Assembly (NCBI GenBank): GCA_017499595.2 | Contig: CM039004.1 | Coordinates: 2,604,001 to 2,668,000 of the forward strand | Length of the DNA: 64,000 nucleotides | DNA from: Psilocybe cubensis | Lineage: Eukaryota | Direction: 5' to 3' | Shown: positions 62,912-64,000 of the stretch, one piece after another | How the letters are laid out: each line of letters starts with the position of its first letter | How positions within the stretch are numbered: the stretch's first letter is position 1 | Notes under the pieces: model-generated | Databases searched by the model: none | Told to the model about the DNA's origin: nothing | What the model saw: the letters and a program-made list of their open reading frames with translations, nothing else | Program-made: the position numbers and the translations under genes

Positions 62912-64000
62912 ATGGCGTGGAATCAACTCGCAGCCGAACTATGGACAATGATTGCAGACGAGTGCGACGAAGACGGAGTCCGTGCACTATGCTCGCCCGA
63001 AATGCCACCGCACATCCGGGACAGCGCTCGCCCAGTTCAGTTCAGAAATCTGAACTTCGCGGCATACAACGTGCTAGACAAACTTGATTTTAACATCGAT
63101 CGATATCAATTTGCAAGATCTCTGGCCATAACTCAAATATTGAGCAATCGAAGGTTTACAGAACTCCCGAAAAGCCCACTTGTACGCCACGTCCGCTCCT
63201 GGAGGTATACAGGATATTTGGTTCATTCACCTCATCCTGGTATATCCAAACGGGAAAAGTTGATCGATTTAACAATGCAATTTCACGTTGACAAGGTGTG
63301 GCCACTGTTCCTAGCAAATCTTCACCTCTACGTTGGATTGACTAGACTTGCATTGCAAAATGTTGTCATTGACGATGTGGCCGTAACGTCTTTCAATGCG
63401 TTGGACAACCTGCAATCTCTTGAAATCACCCACTCTATTATCTCCTGCACAACAATTTTGCGTCCCTTTGACCGTTTAACACATTATACGCAACAAGAGG
63501 CCCGCGGCACCTTCCATGTTGAGTTTATGATGCCAGTGTGCTCTACTCTGACCTATTTGAATGTTGTCATCGGCACAGGTGACTACCGCAAACTGTATTC
63601 CGCTCTGGAGCAGTGCCATGTCCTAGATGCACTTTCAATTTATCTGATCAAAGAACAAGGGAAAGCGTTTGAATGTCCACCACCAGGGGTGGATCTTTCT
63701 ATCACAGCTTGTCCTAATTTATCCGAGTACATTGGACCTGCTTACTATTATGCTGCAGATATCATTCCAGGTCGGCCTTTACACACGATCAAGCTGAACC
63801 GATTACCGTGTAATGCAGAACTTGTCCATCCGGGATGCGTTGAATGGATCAAGGTGCTCTTTACCAGTGGAACGGTGCCCGTGGAACACTTTGACGTTGC
63901 TCAATGGCCGGCGTCTGCACTGTGTGCTGAAGAAACGTTCCCAACGTTGTTTCATAAATTTCCGCATCTAATATCATTGCGAATTGTCATCGAGCCGTTT
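62912..64000 (+). CDS. F-box-like/LRR-like paralogue, open to the right edge
   Basis: MAWNQLAAELWTMIADEC..RALCSPEMPPHIRDSARPV..LYSALEQC..LSITACPNLSEYIGPAYY..ETFPTLFHKFPHLISLRI; TATTTAAGG box upstream as for the 35822 gene; absent from the ORF track because no stop is in the window. Confidence 0.85.
   Translation, partial: MAWNQLAAELWTMIADECDEDGVRALCSPEMPPHIRDSARPVQFRNLNFAAYNVLDKLDFNIDRYQFARSLAITQILSNRRFTELPKSPLVRHVRSWRYTGYLVHSPHPGISKREKLIDLTMQFHVDKVWPLFLANLHLYVGLTRLALQNVVIDDVAVTSFNALDNLQSLEITHSIISCTTILRPFDRLTHYTQQEARGTFHVEFMMPVCSTLTYLNVVIGTGDYRKLYSALEQCHVLDALSIYLIKEQGKAFECPPPGVDLSITACPNLSEYIGPAYYYAADIIPGRPLHTIKLNRLPCNAELVHPGCVEWIKVLFTSGTVPVEHFDVAQWPASALCAEETFPTLFHKFPHLISLRIVIEPF

Overview
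Intron-rich fungal DNA (about 50-60 nt GT-AG introns with CTRAC branch points; gene content suggests an agaricomycete, species not determinable). 1-27 kb is mostly ordinary genes: two BTB-domain genes, a RhoGEF-PH-FYVE protein, an aryl-alcohol dehydrogenase, two GFA/Mss4-like genes, ZIM17, a homoserine acetyltransferase-like hydrolase, ADE1, an M28 aminopeptidase, two tandem KEX2 paralogues and an EngB-type GTPase. 27-64 kb is an accessory region: an F-box/LRR-like gene family (intact, truncated and relic copies), a flavin-reductase-like gene and a 10,178-bp tandem amplification carrying rearranged, deletion-riddled gene fragments. The most interesting signal is a family of non-coding units interleaved with the F-box genes. 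Each has a TATA-like box, an ACCACCAC-type leader, clustered GCGCATATATGCG(C) palindromes and about 120-nt hairpins. Three hairpins share an invariant 23-nt arm and a fourth degenerate copy lies inverted at 59.2 kb. This resembles a microRNA-like RNA precursor family, but that is inference without expression data. Exon boundaries and sequence comparisons were read by eye.
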